DNA of 29,201 nucleotides from assembly GCA_043813605.1 (NCBI GenBank), contig JBDRKX010000046.1, forward strand, positions 1 through 29,201, in the 5' to 3' direction. Of this stretch, positions 14,018 through 24,307 are shown in pieces. The notes below the pieces were generated by a model. The model searched no databases, had not been told where the DNA came from, and saw only the letters and a program-made list of their open reading frames with translations. The translations under genes were made by a program, and so were the position numbers. How positions within the stretch are numbered: position 1 is the first letter of the stretch; each line of letters starts with the position of its first letter. The stretch comes from Elusimicrobiota bacterium. Its GTDB lineage: Bacteria > CG03 > SLGR01 > JBDRKX01.

Positions 14018-16252
14018 TCACCTGGAAGCCACTGCGATCACCGCCTGCCCGAACGCGATCCCGTTGTCGTTCGGCGATGTCGTGCGGTTCACATAAACCT
14101 TTATACCCTGTTCGGCCGCCATCTCTGCTATAAGCCGCGGCAGATATGCATTACAGAAAACACCTCCGGATATACAAGCTACATCAATACCCGTTTTTTC
14201 TTTCATCATAGAAAGTCCCTGGACAGCGATTTTTGCTAACGTACAGTGGAATTTTGAAGCCACTTCCGATATATCTTTCCCGCTTTCGATATCCTTAATG
14301 ATCTTGGCAATCACAGTTGTTGTATTTATTTCAAACCGGTTTTCTTTTTGAGTAATTTCAAACTGATAATTTTTTTTAAGCATCTTTTCCTTCACAAGAT
14401 TTTCCAATGCTATCGGAGCTCTTGCCGAATAAGTGTTTTCGAGCACCACTCCCGCTATCGCAGTAACAGCATCGATAAACCTTCCTGCCGAAGAACTCAA
14501 CGGAGAATTTACCTGGTTTTCAATCATCCGTTCTACTTGAATTGCTTCTTTTTTGTTTTTGAGATGCCCGAATTGCCGCCAATCCACTCCCGCTTCCAGC
14601 AGATAACTTATTGCCATTCGCCATGGCTCTTTCGCTGCCGCATCACCTCCAGGGAGCGGATGAGGTTTCAAACATCCCATTCTTTCATATTTCCTGTAAT
14701 CAAATACTATGAACTCTCCGCCCCAGATCCCGCCGTCCTCACCGTATCCCGTACCGTCAAAAGAAACACCCAGTATGCGTCCTTCAAGACCGTTCTCGGC
14801 AGCGCAGCCGGCCAGATGCGCATGATGATGCTGTATTTTTAATAGAGGCAGTGACCATTTTTCGGCTAATTCCGAAAATATCTTTGTAGAAGAATATCCG
14901 GGATGCATGTCACATCCCAGAAGTTCCGGTTTGTAATTCCATATCCTCTGCCATTTTTCTATATTTCCCGCGTATATCTCCTGAGTAAGAGTTTCTTCTA
15001 TGCTGCCAAGATATTGTGAAGGATACGCTTTTTTTCCTTTTGTATAGCAAAAGTTGATGTTCTCACTGGCTCCGGATGTCAGCACATTTCCGCTAAACGG
15101 TATTTCTATGCCTTCCGGGACATATCCCCTGCTGCGCCTCAGCATTATCGGAGCTTTGCCCGTGGATTTAAGCACCGAATCATCACAGGTAAAACTTACA
15201 AAAAGATCGTGTTCCAGTACATTGCCCTGATAAAATTTTTTCGCAGCAATATTGTTTCTTATTGTAGGTGCCGACGGCCTGTTAAGACTTGTAGCTGCCA
15301 TCAGGCTGAGTCCTGAATATTTAAAAAGGACACTTTGAATACCCGAATAAGGCAGCATCATACCGATCATTGCATTATCCGGAGCAAGAGATTCTGTTAT
15401 ATCCGTTTTTCTATTTTTCCTAAGCAGTACTATCGGCCTTCTAAAAGACAAGAGCAGTTTCCGGTCTTCCTCTTCTACCCGACAATATTGTTCGATAACA
15501 CTTATATCTTTTGCCACTACGGCGATCGGCTTATGGCTCCTTTTCTTTTCATCTCTTATCCTGCTCAGGGCTTCCTTATTCTCAGCATCCGCCATCAAGT
15601 GAAACCCGCCCCATCCTTTTACGGCAACAACATTGCCTCCGGACAGATCATCTGCTGCCTTCTTTATGGCTTTTTGCCCGATAACCGTACCGTAACTATA
15701 TTCGGGCCCGCATGCCGGACAGCATATGGGTTGCGCGTGATAGCGCCTGTACTCTGCATCTTTGTATTCAACTTTGCAATCCAGGCACATAATGTATGAC
15801 CTCAGCGTGATATTTCCCCTGTCATACGGAAGACTTTCCAGGATAGTAAACCGCGGCCCGCATTCAAGACAGCTTATAAACGGGTACTCCCGGCGCCTAT
15901 CTTCTTCGCTTCCGAGTTCTTTCAGGCATTTATCGCACAATGCTATATCGGGCGGTATGTTCAAGTCAGGCACAGTTCTCCCCTCGCTTCCTTCTATCAG
16001 AAATCCCGCATAATTTATATTTGACACTTTTTCTTCATTGATATCTTCTATGTGCGCCGCCCTGGGAACATCATCCAGCAGTTTTTGCCGAAATATATCA
16101 ATCTCCTTTTTTGAGCCGCTGATTTCCAGCTCTACGCCGTCACCGGTATTTCTCACCCATCCGCAGAGCCCCATATTTTTTGCCAGCTTGTAAATAAAAG
16201 GACGGAATCCTACTCCCTGTACTGTGCCTTTGATCTTTAATCTCTTATTCAT
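14018..16252 (-). CDS. hypF: Carbamoyltransferase HypF
   Basis: Acylphosphatase-like GTVQGVGFRPF, Zn-finger Cys pairs, RRSRGY, QHHHAH, DGTGYG, SGGVF, NDNGIAFGQ. Confidence 0.96.
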   Translation of the reverse strand: MNKRLKIKGTVQGVGFRPFIYKLAKNMGLCGWVRNTGDGVELEISGSKKEIDIFRQKLLDDVPRAAHIEDINEEKVSNINYAGFLIEGSEGRTVPDLNIPPDIALCDKCLKELGSEEDRRREYPFISCLECGPRFTILESLPYDRGNITLRSYIMCLDCKVEYKDAEYRRYHAQPICCPACGPEYSYGTVIGQKAIKKAADDLSGGNVVAVKGWGGFHLMADAENKEALSRIRDEKKRSHKPIAVVAKDISVIEQYCRVEEEDRKLLLSFRRPIVLLRKNRKTDITESLAPDNAMIGMMLPYSGIQSVLFKYSGLSLMAATSLNRPSAPTIRNNIAAKKFYQGNVLEHDLFVSFTCDDSVLKSTGKAPIMLRRSRGYVPEGIEIPFSGNVLTSGASENINFCYTKGKKAYPSQYLGSIEETLTQEIYAGNIEKWQRIWNYKPELLGCDMHPGYSSTKIFSELAEKWSLPLLKIQHHHAHLAGCAAENGLEGRILGVSFDGTGYGEDGGIWGGEFIVFDYRKYERMGCLKPHPLPGGDAAAKEPWRMAISYLLEAGVDWRQFGHLKNKKEAIQVERMIENQVNSPLSSSAGRFIDAVTAIAGVVLENTYSARAPIALENLVKEKMLKKNYQFEITQKENRFEINTTTVIAKIIKDIESGKDISEVASKFHCTLAKIAVQGLSMMKEKTGIDVACISGGVFCNAYLPRLIAEMAAEQGIKVYVNRTTSPNDNGIAFGQAVIAVASR

Positions 16253-16267
16253 CAGAAGATGCGGGTT

Positions 16268-16726
16268 TTATAATCCTTTCTCCCCCAGTATCTTTATAAT
16301 AACCTCAATAACACGAATACCTGCTTCCCGCACTTCGGGATTAATATTACCACAAATATTTCCCGGCTGAATTGCAACTACAAATATTTCTGCACCGCAG
16401 GAACCTGATATAAACTCTGCAAGCACATCCAACCCAGTATTATGTGTTCCGAGTCCCTGTGAAACTTCCTCTGCATGAAGAACCTCTATACTTCCCGGGG
16501 ACTTATTCATATTCACTGCATCTATGAATACCACGGTATCCGGATTCATGTTACTTACTTTAACAAGATAGTTTTCAGGAATCTCATAGCAGCTTATCAC
16601 TTTTATCGAATTATTTTCTGCAAGCTTTTCTGAGATAAAAACACCGATCCCGTCATCGCCCCTTGAAAGGTTCCCGATGCCCATTATAACACTATTCTCA
16701 GTGAAAGGTATGTTTTTGATCTGCAC
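16268..16726 (-). CDS. Hydrogenase maturation endopeptidase (HycI-like)
   Basis: GIGNLSRGDDGIG, PENY, FIDAV, TH, IQP. Confidence 0.9.
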   Translation of the reverse strand: MQIKNIPFTENSVIMGIGNLSRGDDGIGVFISEKLAENNSIKVISCYEIPENYLVKVSNMNPDTVVFIDAVNMNKSPGSIEVLHAEEVSQGLGTHNTGLDVLAEFISGSCGAEIFVVAIQPGNICGNINPEVREAGIRVIEVIIKILGEKGL

Positions 16727-16737
16727 TGAATATCGGT

Positions 16738-17358
16738 TTATTTACCGGTTTCTACAGTATAGACTTTATGCCTGCACGAAGGACACAAAAAAACTAATAT
16801 ATCGGCTCTTGTATCCTGCTTGCGTTTGCGTACAGGCGGTTGCTTCCTGCCTGTTTCTTTCTGCCTGATCAGTATCATCTCGGGTGATGTCGAAGCAAGG
16901 GCAGGACCCATTCTTTTAGCTGTAGCTAAAAGCTGTGCCTCGGTGCCTACTGCGGCACCGCACTTGCTGCACACTACAAGATCGAACTCCTGAACAGTTT
17001 TCATTGTTTCTTTTGAATATCCGGCAAGATCGTATTCTTTTGTCATAACCACACCAGGCTTCGGCTGGGGACACTCTGATTCACACTGGCCGCAGAATAT
17101 GCACCTATCATACATCCTGGTAATAATCCTTTTTCCTCTATGCAGATCATCTTCTATCTCTATCGCATCGGCAGGACACACTTCACTGCACGCTTCACAT
17201 CCGATACACCATTCATCATCCGGTTCCGGTTTCCCCCTGTATCCATCTGCCGGCACATAGGCTTCTGCCGGGAACCTGCTCGTATATCTTCGGGAAAAAA
17301 TAGCTATTACAGCTTCTTTCAGTTCTCTGAGTTTAGGGTAAATCATTGTTTTCCTCAT
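16738..17358 (-). CDS. 2x[4Fe-4S] subunit (NuoI/HycF/MbhN-like) with an extra C-terminal Cys-pair domain
   Basis: YTSRFP...YRGKP, CIGCEACSEVCP, CIFCGQCESECP, and additional CSKC...CPSC. The start could be 17346. Confidence 0.88.
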   Translation of the reverse strand: MRKTMIYPKLRELKEAVIAIFSRRYTSRFPAEAYVPADGYRGKPEPDDEWCIGCEACSEVCPADAIEIEDDLHRGKRIITRMYDRCIFCGQCESECPQPKPGVVMTKEYDLAGYSKETMKTVQEFDLVVCSKCGAAVGTEAQLLATAKRMGPALASTSPEMILIRQKETGRKQPPVRKRKQDTRADILVFLCPSCRHKVYTVETGK

Positions 17359-17698
17359 CTGCTATATCGTGCTTCTGCTGTTGTATCTCTGAGTAATCGT
17401 CTTTAACAGAACCGTCCCATAATTTCACTCCGTATATATACGCACCGCGGGCAAGAGCATGTGCCCCGGTAGGAGAAGTAAGAAGTACGAATATCAGGCA
17501 CAAGAGTGCCTTGGTACCCGATGCGCTGAACCCCTGGATAACAAATATTCCGAGAAGGATTGAGCACGTACCCAGTGTTGCGCATTTTGTCGCAGCCTGT
17601 AGACGGTTATATACATCCGGGAGCCTTATCAAGCCTATACATCCCGCCAGATCAAAGAAAACTCCCACAGATATCAGCATTAATCCTAAATAGTGCAT
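17333..17698 (-). CDS. Mrp antiporter subunit G (MnhG/MbhC-like)
   Basis: GLIRLPDVYNRLQAATKCATLG, LTSPTGAHALARG. Confidence 0.92.
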   Translation of the reverse strand: MHYLGLMLISVGVFFDLAGCIGLIRLPDVYNRLQAATKCATLGTCSILLGIFVIQGFSASGTKALLCLIFVLLTSPTGAHALARGAYIYGVKLWDGSVKDDYSEIQQQKHDIADEENNDLP

Positions 17699-17728
17699 AT
17701 ATTCCCCTGGTGATCCAAAATATATATT

Positions 17729-17986
17729 CTATTCATCGAATCCGCGACCTTCAAGATATTTTGCAAGTGCAACCGTTCCGATAAAACTCAACAATGCCCA
17801 GGATATCGCCACATTCATATAAAAATCAGAATCACTCAATATTGTAAACAGGGCACTGAATCCCACTACAACTGTACCAAGCAGATCTATGGCAACCGCC
17901 CTGTCCGGCGGAGTCGGACCCCTTCCTATCCTGTATATACACAGGAAACAGCATATGATCAAACCCCAGAAAAAAATAGTTATCAT
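17729..17986 (-). CDS. Mrp antiporter subunit F (MnhF/MbhB-like)
   Basis: GPTPPDRAVAID, LLSFIGTVALAKYL. Confidence 0.92.
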   Translation of the reverse strand: MITIFFWGLIICCFLCIYRIGRGPTPPDRAVAIDLLGTVVVGFSALFTILSDSDFYMNVAISWALLSFIGTVALAKYLEGRGFDE

Positions 17987-18492
17987 TATTCGAATACCTT
18001 TTTCAGTATCTTTTCAAACCTGCCTGCGATCTGCTCCGTAATATCAGACAGATCCCCTTCCTGCACGTTTATCCAGTGAACATATATTATATCTCCGGAT
18101 ATATCGACACTCAATGTCCCCGGAGTTAATGTGATCGAATTACAGAGTACGGTCTTTGCCAGCGGACTTGTTAATTCTGTCCTTATCTTGACTATTCCCG
18201 GATTTATCGGCATATCCGGATGTATGACCCGGTATAATACATCCAAGTTGGCAAGCACCATATGATATGCAAGCACAGGGATATAACAAACGGCCCAGTA
18301 ATACCTTTTGGGCTCAAGGAGTTTTCCTGTACTGTCCCAACTTTCATCTTTGCTCCAAGCTCCCCAGAAAACCGTAACAAGCATGGCAACTAACAGCCCG
18401 GCTGTTATATCCTGCATATTGACCGGATTAAACGGCCATACCAGGAAGAGCCATATCGCATACATCGCTATAAATAATATGGCCTTTCTCAT
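17986..18492 (-). CDS. Mrp antiporter subunit E (MnhE/MbhA-like)
   Basis: ANLDV, INPGIV, NSITLTPGTLSVD, YVH. Confidence 0.92.
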   Translation of the reverse strand: MRKAILFIAMYAIWLFLVWPFNPVNMQDITAGLLVAMLVTVFWGAWSKDESWDSTGKLLEPKRYYWAVCYIPVLAYHMVLANLDVLYRVIHPDMPINPGIVKIRTELTSPLAKTVLCNSITLTPGTLSVDISGDIIYVHWINVQEGDLSDITEQIAGRFEKILKKVFE

Positions 18493-19985
18493 AATAACCT
18501 CTCTGCCAGCATATTGAAATACATCTCGGGTTTTGTTATTATTGCCGCCGCCGGATCAAGTACTATCGCCCTGACCTGCGGGAGCAGTAAGAGCCCCATA
18601 GCTACACAAAGTATCGCCAGAAAAACCATTGAAAACTGCATCAAAAAAGGCACTTCCTTCAGTTCCTTAAGTTCTCTTTTCAGGTCTCCCAAAAATCCGT
18701 ATTTCTGTACTTTCATGAATGACGCCAATGTGAGGATACTCCCTATTATTGCCCATATAGCCAGCCACGGGTGCATTGAACGGATACAGGCCATAATTAT
18801 AAGGAGCTTGCTCCAGAATCCGTTAAAAGGCGGTAATCCGGCAATCGACAGCGAGGCTATCATAGAAGTAATTCCTGTAACAGGCATTTTCGATGTTATG
18901 CCGCCCATTTCCCTCAGATCTCTTGTACCTGTCCTATAATAAACTGCGCCGGAATTCATAAATAGCAGTGACTTGAATACCGAATGGTTTAAAAGATGGA
19001 ATACTGCCCCTATTACACCCAGAGGGGTTGCCAGTCCGAATCCAAGTGCAATATAACCCATCTGGCTGACCGAATGATACGCGAGCAGCCTTTTGAAATC
19101 CCATTGACCCAGTGCCAAAAGAACCCCTATTATTATAGAAACAACACCGAGTGTACGCACGATCACAGGCACATTGCCTGTATTCATCCCAAATACCATG
19201 TAACATATCCTTATCATTGCATATATGCCTACTGTTTTTATCAAGACCCCGCTGAGCATGGCTGATATCGGTGCCGGCGCAGACGGATGCGCATCCGGAA
19301 GCCACGCGTGAAAAGGTATGAGAGCCGCCTTGATAGAAAACCCTATTATAAAAAGAACTACCGCTATATTGAGCCCGACAGGCATCCCTCCCGCCAAGAT
19401 GCCTCGGTATATAAACATCATATTAAGGTTCTGCGTGTGTCCATAGACCAGTGCTATCCCCAGGAGAAGAAACGCGGTACCGATACTTGAAAGAACGAGA
19501 TATTTGAACATGGCTTCGAGTTCTTTTCTCATCGTACCGAAACCGACCAGGGCGTAAGAAGCTACAGATGCGACCTCAAGAAATACATAAAGATTGAAAA
19601 GATCTCCAGTCAGAACTACTCCGTTCATGCCCGCAACCATCAGAAAGAACAACGAATAATATTTTTCCGGCGAATCGTATTTTTTCATATAATCAATTGA
19701 AAAAATCAGGCATACGAGAGATATAAGATTGGTAATGACTAATACAGGAGAACTGAACCCGTCCAGAACAAGTATTATCCCTTCAGGAAGTTTCCAGCCG
19801 CCCATACTGTATACCCCTGACCGGCCTACTATCAGGATCGACATGACCAACAGCACAAATCCGATTATTGCCGAGAATCTGTCTGCCATCTTTATCTTCT
19901 TTTCTTCTTCCATAATAAAATCGAAGACAGACACGATAAAGGCCGCGGCAAGTGGAATAGCTATAAATAACGGTAAAATATTCAT
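18489..19985 (-). CDS. Mrp antiporter subunit D (MnhD/MbhH-like)
   Basis: TGDLFNLYVFLEV, IKAALIPFHAWLPDAH, LIKTVG, KRLLAYHSVSQMGY, GFWSK. Confidence 0.92.
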   Translation of the reverse strand: MNILPLFIAIPLAAAFIVSVFDFIMEEEKKIKMADRFSAIIGFVLLVMSILIVGRSGVYSMGGWKLPEGIILVLDGFSSPVLVITNLISLVCLIFSIDYMKKYDSPEKYYSLFFLMVAGMNGVVLTGDLFNLYVFLEVASVASYALVGFGTMRKELEAMFKYLVLSSIGTAFLLLGIALVYGHTQNLNMMFIYRGILAGGMPVGLNIAVVLFIIGFSIKAALIPFHAWLPDAHPSAPAPISAMLSGVLIKTVGIYAMIRICYMVFGMNTGNVPVIVRTLGVVSIIIGVLLALGQWDFKRLLAYHSVSQMGYIALGFGLATPLGVIGAVFHLLNHSVFKSLLFMNSGAVYYRTGTRDLREMGGITSKMPVTGITSMIASLSIAGLPPFNGFWSKLLIIMACIRSMHPWLAIWAIIGSILTLASFMKVQKYGFLGDLKRELKELKEVPFLMQFSMVFLAILCVAMGLLLLPQVRAIVLDPAAAIITKPEMYFNMLAERLL

Positions 19986-19989
19986 CGTT

Positions 19990-20352
19990 TTATTCTTTCA
20001 GGTCATTGATCTCCGAAATATCAAAAGTGCCGAATCTCTCATATATCCTTATCGCCACAGCGACCATCAAGGCAACTATTGAAAGGCCTATTACTATTGA
20101 CGTAAGGACCATCGCCTGCGGAAGCGGATCAACTGCCGTTGCGGCAAACTCCTTTATATCCATGCCCCTTATTACAATAGGTGCCATCCCGGCGGCTTTA
20201 TAGCCTATAAGCAGTATGAACAGGTTCAGCGCATTTTCCATGATTATAAGTGAAAGTATTATTTTAACAACATTCTTCTTTGTAACAACACCGTAAAGCC
20301 CCACGGAAAAAAGTACCATACAAAGACTATATATTATAGGCATACTGGTCAT
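19990..20352 (-). CDS. Mrp antiporter subunit C (MnhC/MbhG-like)
   Basis: DPLPQAMVLTSIVIG. Confidence 0.92.
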   Translation of the reverse strand: MTSMPIIYSLCMVLFSVGLYGVVTKKNVVKIILSLIIMENALNLFILLIGYKAAGMAPIVIRGMDIKEFAATAVDPLPQAMVLTSIVIGLSIVALMVAVAIRIYERFGTFDISEINDLKE

Positions 20353-20792
20353 CTTTTTCTCCTAAAAATTGCAAGTACCGCGAATACGAGGAATACAGAA
20401 GCGCCGACTTTTATGCCTATTGCGATATTTGACAGCGGTATAAATCCTGAAGATAGAAGTTCAAACGGCCGGCCTTTTGCTTCGGCAAAAAAATTATACA
20501 GGAATTTCTTTCCGAAAAAGATGCCTGCGAATCCGATAAGCAGGAACATAAGGGCGCCGAGTGAATCGAACAGATGATCAAATCGCAACGGCAGCCTTTC
20601 GATTGCTTCTTCGCCGCCGAATGATATCAGGTACAGTATAAATATAAACGCCAGTATAAGTCCTCCCGCGAATCCTCCCCCGGGACTGATGTGTCCGTAA
20701 AGTATTATGTTAAGCCCGAATACGGTTATCGCGCCGCCTATGAGCGATGTAACTGTCTTTACGATATCGGTCATTCCGCTATTGTTCTTCAT
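20349..20792 (-). CDS. Mrp antiporter subunit B (MnhB/MbhF-like)
   Basis: GHISPGGGFAGG, NIAIGIKV. Confidence 0.92.
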   Translation of the reverse strand: MKNNSGMTDIVKTVTSLIGGAITVFGLNIILYGHISPGGGFAGGLILAFIFILYLISFGGEEAIERLPLRFDHLFDSLGALMFLLIGFAGIFFGKKFLYNFFAEAKGRPFELLSSGFIPLSNIAIGIKVGASVFLVFAVLAIFRRKR

Positions 20793-21324
20793 CAGCTTTT
20801 CTCTTTCTTAAAATCGTTATAGCGCCTATTATCGCTGCAAACAGCACTGAAGTCTCCCCAAGTGTGTCGTATGCCCTGTAATCCAATAATACTGCAGTTA
20901 CTATGTTAGGGGAATTAGTCTGCTCCAGTCCGTTAATAAGATAAAGCTGGCCGGGTAACGGCTGGCCCATAGCTGCAGTAAGTTCTTTAAAAGAAGTGCC
21001 GAACTCGGGCAGACTGCTGATCCCGAATAGTATTGCCAGAAGCACAGCACCTACCATCGTGATCCCAAATACCATACTAAAAAATTCCCGTTTACATTTT
21101 ACTGCTGTCACATCTCTGTTTATTGTTGCCCTTATGAGTATTATAAGCAATATAACCTCAACAAGGATCTGCACTATAGCCACATCAGGCGCTCTTAGAA
21201 ATAGCATTATTATTGCGAGGCCGAATCCGACACCGCCAAGCGATATTATTGACGACAGAAGATTTTTAGTCTCTATAGCAATAACCGCAGCAACTATACA
21301 TGAAACAAGTATTAATTCAATCAT
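20779..21324 (-). CDS. MrpA C-terminal-like subunit (DUF4040; MbhD+MbhE-like)
   Basis: APDVAIVQ, NIVTAVLLDYRAYDTLGE. Start moved to 21324 (ATGA overlap with the upstream gene). Confidence 0.88.
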   Translation of the reverse strand: MIELILVSCIVAAVIAIETKNLLSSIISLGGVGFGLAIIMLFLRAPDVAIVQILVEVILLIILIRATINRDVTAVKCKREFFSMVFGITMVGAVLLAILFGISSLPEFGTSFKELTAAMGQPLPGQLYLINGLEQTNSPNIVTAVLLDYRAYDTLGETSVLFAAIIGAITILRKRKADEEQ

Positions 21325-23105
21325 TTTAAAATCACATAAAATAGTATGACACTGCCTACCATCACCCACAGGATATAAACTGACAATATGCCGTTATGGA
21401 GCCATCTGAACAAATTAATCCAGTAGAAAATGAATGCCTTTGTCACTTCATACAGATCGAAATACCCCTGTTTTGCCAGTTTGTATATTTTCCGAAATAT
21501 ACCCAGGTTTTCAATCGTAGTATAGAATTCAACGCCTGAAACACGCATCCGCGGTGTTATTTTTTCGCCACCGATATAAGTGCCCGAGATCCTGTATCCG
21601 CCGACGTTTGTTATTATATACACAAGAAAACCGAAACTGATACCGAGCATAATAAGGATTCCCGCCAAATGCGGCTGCCACGCTTCTATTATCTGCAGCG
21701 GTAACTGCCCAAGAATACTGTTCAGTACAGGATATACAGTATACTGCGGAAACAGGCCTATCGCAATACACAAAAGCGGCAGGATTATCAGTGCCGGCAA
21801 CTCCCACGAAAGCTTCTCCCTGCATGGTATCTTATCACTGGTACTCTGCCCGAGAAAAACCGCATGTATAACCTTAACAAAAGAAGCCAAAGTGAGAACT
21901 GACCCGAAGATTGCCGCAACAAGCCATATGACCCATAGCGGCCCGATGGTCTTACCCGTCTCTATCACACCGCGATATACCAGCCATTTCGAGATAAACC
22001 CGTTAAACAGCGGGAATCCCGATATTGATAGTGCGCATATCATGAAACTTGCAAATGTCAAAGGAAAACCTTTTGCTAGACCACCCATATCTTCCAGTTT
22101 TGTCGTACCCGTTTCCTTTTCAATTATACCGGAACATAAAAAGAGACCCTGTTTATATATTGCATGATTGACCATATGCAGCAGGCCTCCGGCAATACCT
22201 ATGATATTGCCGGTACCGATACCCATTACCATATATCCCACCTGCGAAACGGCATGGTACCCCAACAGACGTTTAAGATCATGCTGTGAGAGCGCCATAA
22301 ATACGGCCACTATGATCGTTATGGCTCCTATCGCAAGCAGAAACGTATTTCCGGCGCTCGATACCTCGAACCAGTCAATAACGATCTTTTTCAACAGATA
22401 TATACCCAAGAGTTTATCCAAAGAAGCCGGCAGCAGCGCCACTATAGGTACCGGACACTGTTTGGACACATCCGGAATCCAGGTATGAAACGGTATGGCG
22501 CCGGCTTTTGCGAAAGCTGCACTCAGAAGGCTCAAGAAGATCATCCAGCTGAACGGCCCTCCAAGTTTTATTCCTGTACCGGCAAGGCAGTCAGTCTTTG
22601 AGAGAAAGACCATTCCCACAAGGCCCAGCAGCATAAGCGCATCAGTTCCCCCGATAATTATGAATGTCTTTTTACCGATTTCCTCTTTGCCGGAATAGAA
22701 TATCATCAGTGCCAGCAGAATCCCGGTTAAGCCCCAGCATACAAGAAGCACTATATATTTTGCCGCCAGAAAAACACCGGCACTTGATGCAAGCACCATG
22801 CAGAAAAGAGCCCAGAAAACACCGCTGCCGTCTTTCATGTGACCCACACTATACAAAGATATAAGCAGGCCGAAAAAGCCTGTTAATACAACCAGTGCAA
22901 GCGGCAATGTGCCAGCCTGCATAAAAACCGTACCGCCGTCAAACGAAAACCTGTATTCGGGCAGCGCTATTATGCCCCCCGCCAGAACTGCAATAGAAGC
23001 ACATGCTGCGAATATGCCTCCATACTTAAAAAAAGAACGGGGCAGGAACAGCACTGCAACTCCAAGTACGACCGGTATTATTATAGTTAGCTGAAATACT
23101 TCCAT
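21321..23105 (-). CDS. Antiporter-like membrane subunit (MrpA N-terminal / NuoL / HyfB-like)
   Basis: AKAGAIPFHTWIPD, DLKRLLGYHAVSQVGY, NHAIYK, GFISKW, lateral-helix-like C-terminus. Start moved to 23105 (TAATG overlap). Confidence 0.88.
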   Translation of the reverse strand: MEVFQLTIIIPVVLGVAVLFLPRSFFKYGGIFAACASIAVLAGGIIALPEYRFSFDGGTVFMQAGTLPLALVVLTGFFGLLISLYSVGHMKDGSGVFWALFCMVLASSAGVFLAAKYIVLLVCWGLTGILLALMIFYSGKEEIGKKTFIIIGGTDALMLLGLVGMVFLSKTDCLAGTGIKLGGPFSWMIFLSLLSAAFAKAGAIPFHTWIPDVSKQCPVPIVALLPASLDKLLGIYLLKKIVIDWFEVSSAGNTFLLAIGAITIIVAVFMALSQHDLKRLLGYHAVSQVGYMVMGIGTGNIIGIAGGLLHMVNHAIYKQGLFLCSGIIEKETGTTKLEDMGGLAKGFPLTFASFMICALSISGFPLFNGFISKWLVYRGVIETGKTIGPLWVIWLVAAIFGSVLTLASFVKVIHAVFLGQSTSDKIPCREKLSWELPALIILPLLCIAIGLFPQYTVYPVLNSILGQLPLQIIEAWQPHLAGILIMLGISFGFLVYIITNVGGYRISGTYIGGEKITPRMRVSGVEFYTTIENLGIFRKIYKLAKQGYFDLYEVTKAFIFYWINLFRWLHNGILSVYILWVMVGSVILFYVILK

Positions 23106-24307
23106 TACCTGGTTTCCCCTAACTGTTCTTCTATTCTGCGTGTCTTCTGCTGACACATCTTTATCAGTTCCTTCGATGAATAATTCCTGCCATTTTCATC
23201 TACCGCCTGCATCCTCTCTGTACAACAGTAGCACGGATCCACTGCCGCCAGAGTCAACGCCGCATCAGGAATAGTCCCGCCCAGAACCGCGACTTCATTT
23301 GAAAGTATATTCATGTATGATGGTGCCCTTACTTTATGCCTGTAGGGTACGGTACCGCCGTATGATCTAACATAATGAAACACTTCGCCCCGCGGGGCTT
23401 CATGCCGGCCTATGCCTTCTCCTTCAGGTATCTCTTTAATATCAATGCAGATATCGCCCTTGGTCTTCTTGAGCCTGTCGGCGCACTGTTTTATCATCGA
23501 TGTGCATTCTCTCATTTCATCCAGGCGTACCATCGTCTTTGCATAGACATCGCCTTCTTTCCTGACTGCTATTTTCCAGTCTATAAGATCGTATGCGGCG
23601 TACGGATCGTCTTTTCTTACATCTATTTCTACTCCGGAACCGCGGGCTGTCGGCCCTAAGACACAATAGTCTATCGCCTGTTCCTTTGTCAGTGTGCCGG
23701 CTATTTTCAGCCTTGCCCTTATCACGGGATCGTCTTCAACTGCCTTTTGAAGCATATCTATTTTTTTAAGGAGTTCGTCCATCTCGGTTTTCATCCAGCT
23801 GCAATGTTCGTCGGATATATCTCTTCTAACGCCGCCTATTTTCATCATGGCATAATGCTGCCTGTTGCCGAATAGATGTTCACACAGATCCAGTACAGGT
23901 TCGCGGTATTTCCATGCCCACATCCATACCGTATTATACCCTATGAAATGACCTGCCAGACCGAGCCACAGGAGATGAGAATGTATCCGCTCCAATTCGC
24001 CCACAATTGTTCTTATATATTTCGCCCTATCAGTGATCTCTATCTTTGCAAGATCTTCTATGGCGTTCACATAAGCAAACGGGTGCGATGTCGAACATAT
24101 CCCGCAGATCCTTTCTACAAGGAATATAACCTGGTCAAAATGCTTGCATTCGGACAGTTTCTCTATCGCCCGGTGGTTATACCCCAGCTCTATCTCAAGG
24201 CCGACTATCTTTTCCCCCTCTACCTGCAGCCGGAAAAATTCCGGCTCTTCCTGAAGCGGGTGATAGGGCCCTATTGGTATTTCAGTTATTTTCTTTTCTT
24301 CAGTCAT
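23105..24307 (-). CDS. Group 4 [NiFe]-hydrogenase large subunit
   Basis: GPYHP, GYNHR, L1 motif ERICGIC, ELERIHSH, EAPRGE, L2 motif DPCYCCTER, plus a cleavable C-terminal extension. Confidence 0.95.
   Translation of the reverse strand: MTEEKKITEIPIGPYHPLQEEPEFFRLQVEGEKIVGLEIELGYNHRAIEKLSECKHFDQVIFLVERICGICSTSHPFAYVNAIEDLAKIEITDRAKYIRTIVGELERIHSHLLWLGLAGHFIGYNTVWMWAWKYREPVLDLCEHLFGNRQHYAMMKIGGVRRDISDEHCSWMKTEMDELLKKIDMLQKAVEDDPVIRARLKIAGTLTKEQAIDYCVLGPTARGSGVEIDVRKDDPYAAYDLIDWKIAVRKEGDVYAKTMVRLDEMRECTSMIKQCADRLKKTKGDICIDIKEIPEGEGIGRHEAPRGEVFHYVRSYGGTVPYRHKVRAPSYMNILSNEVAVLGGTIPDAALTLAAVDPCYCCTERMQAVDENGRNYSSKELIKMCQQKTRRIEEQLGETR

Noticed and set aside
21325..23156. Longer starts at 21369 and 23156 for two membrane subunits
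   Set aside because: The downstream ATGs (21324, 23105) give standard ATGA/TAATG coupling and start at the first hydrophobic helix.
23105..24307. Large subunit as a non-hydrogenase (Mbx/Mbs, Ehr, NuoD) or a NiFeSe enzyme
   Set aside because: Both CxxC motifs are present as Cys codons with no in-frame TGA, and the cognate protease and hyp genes are adjacent.
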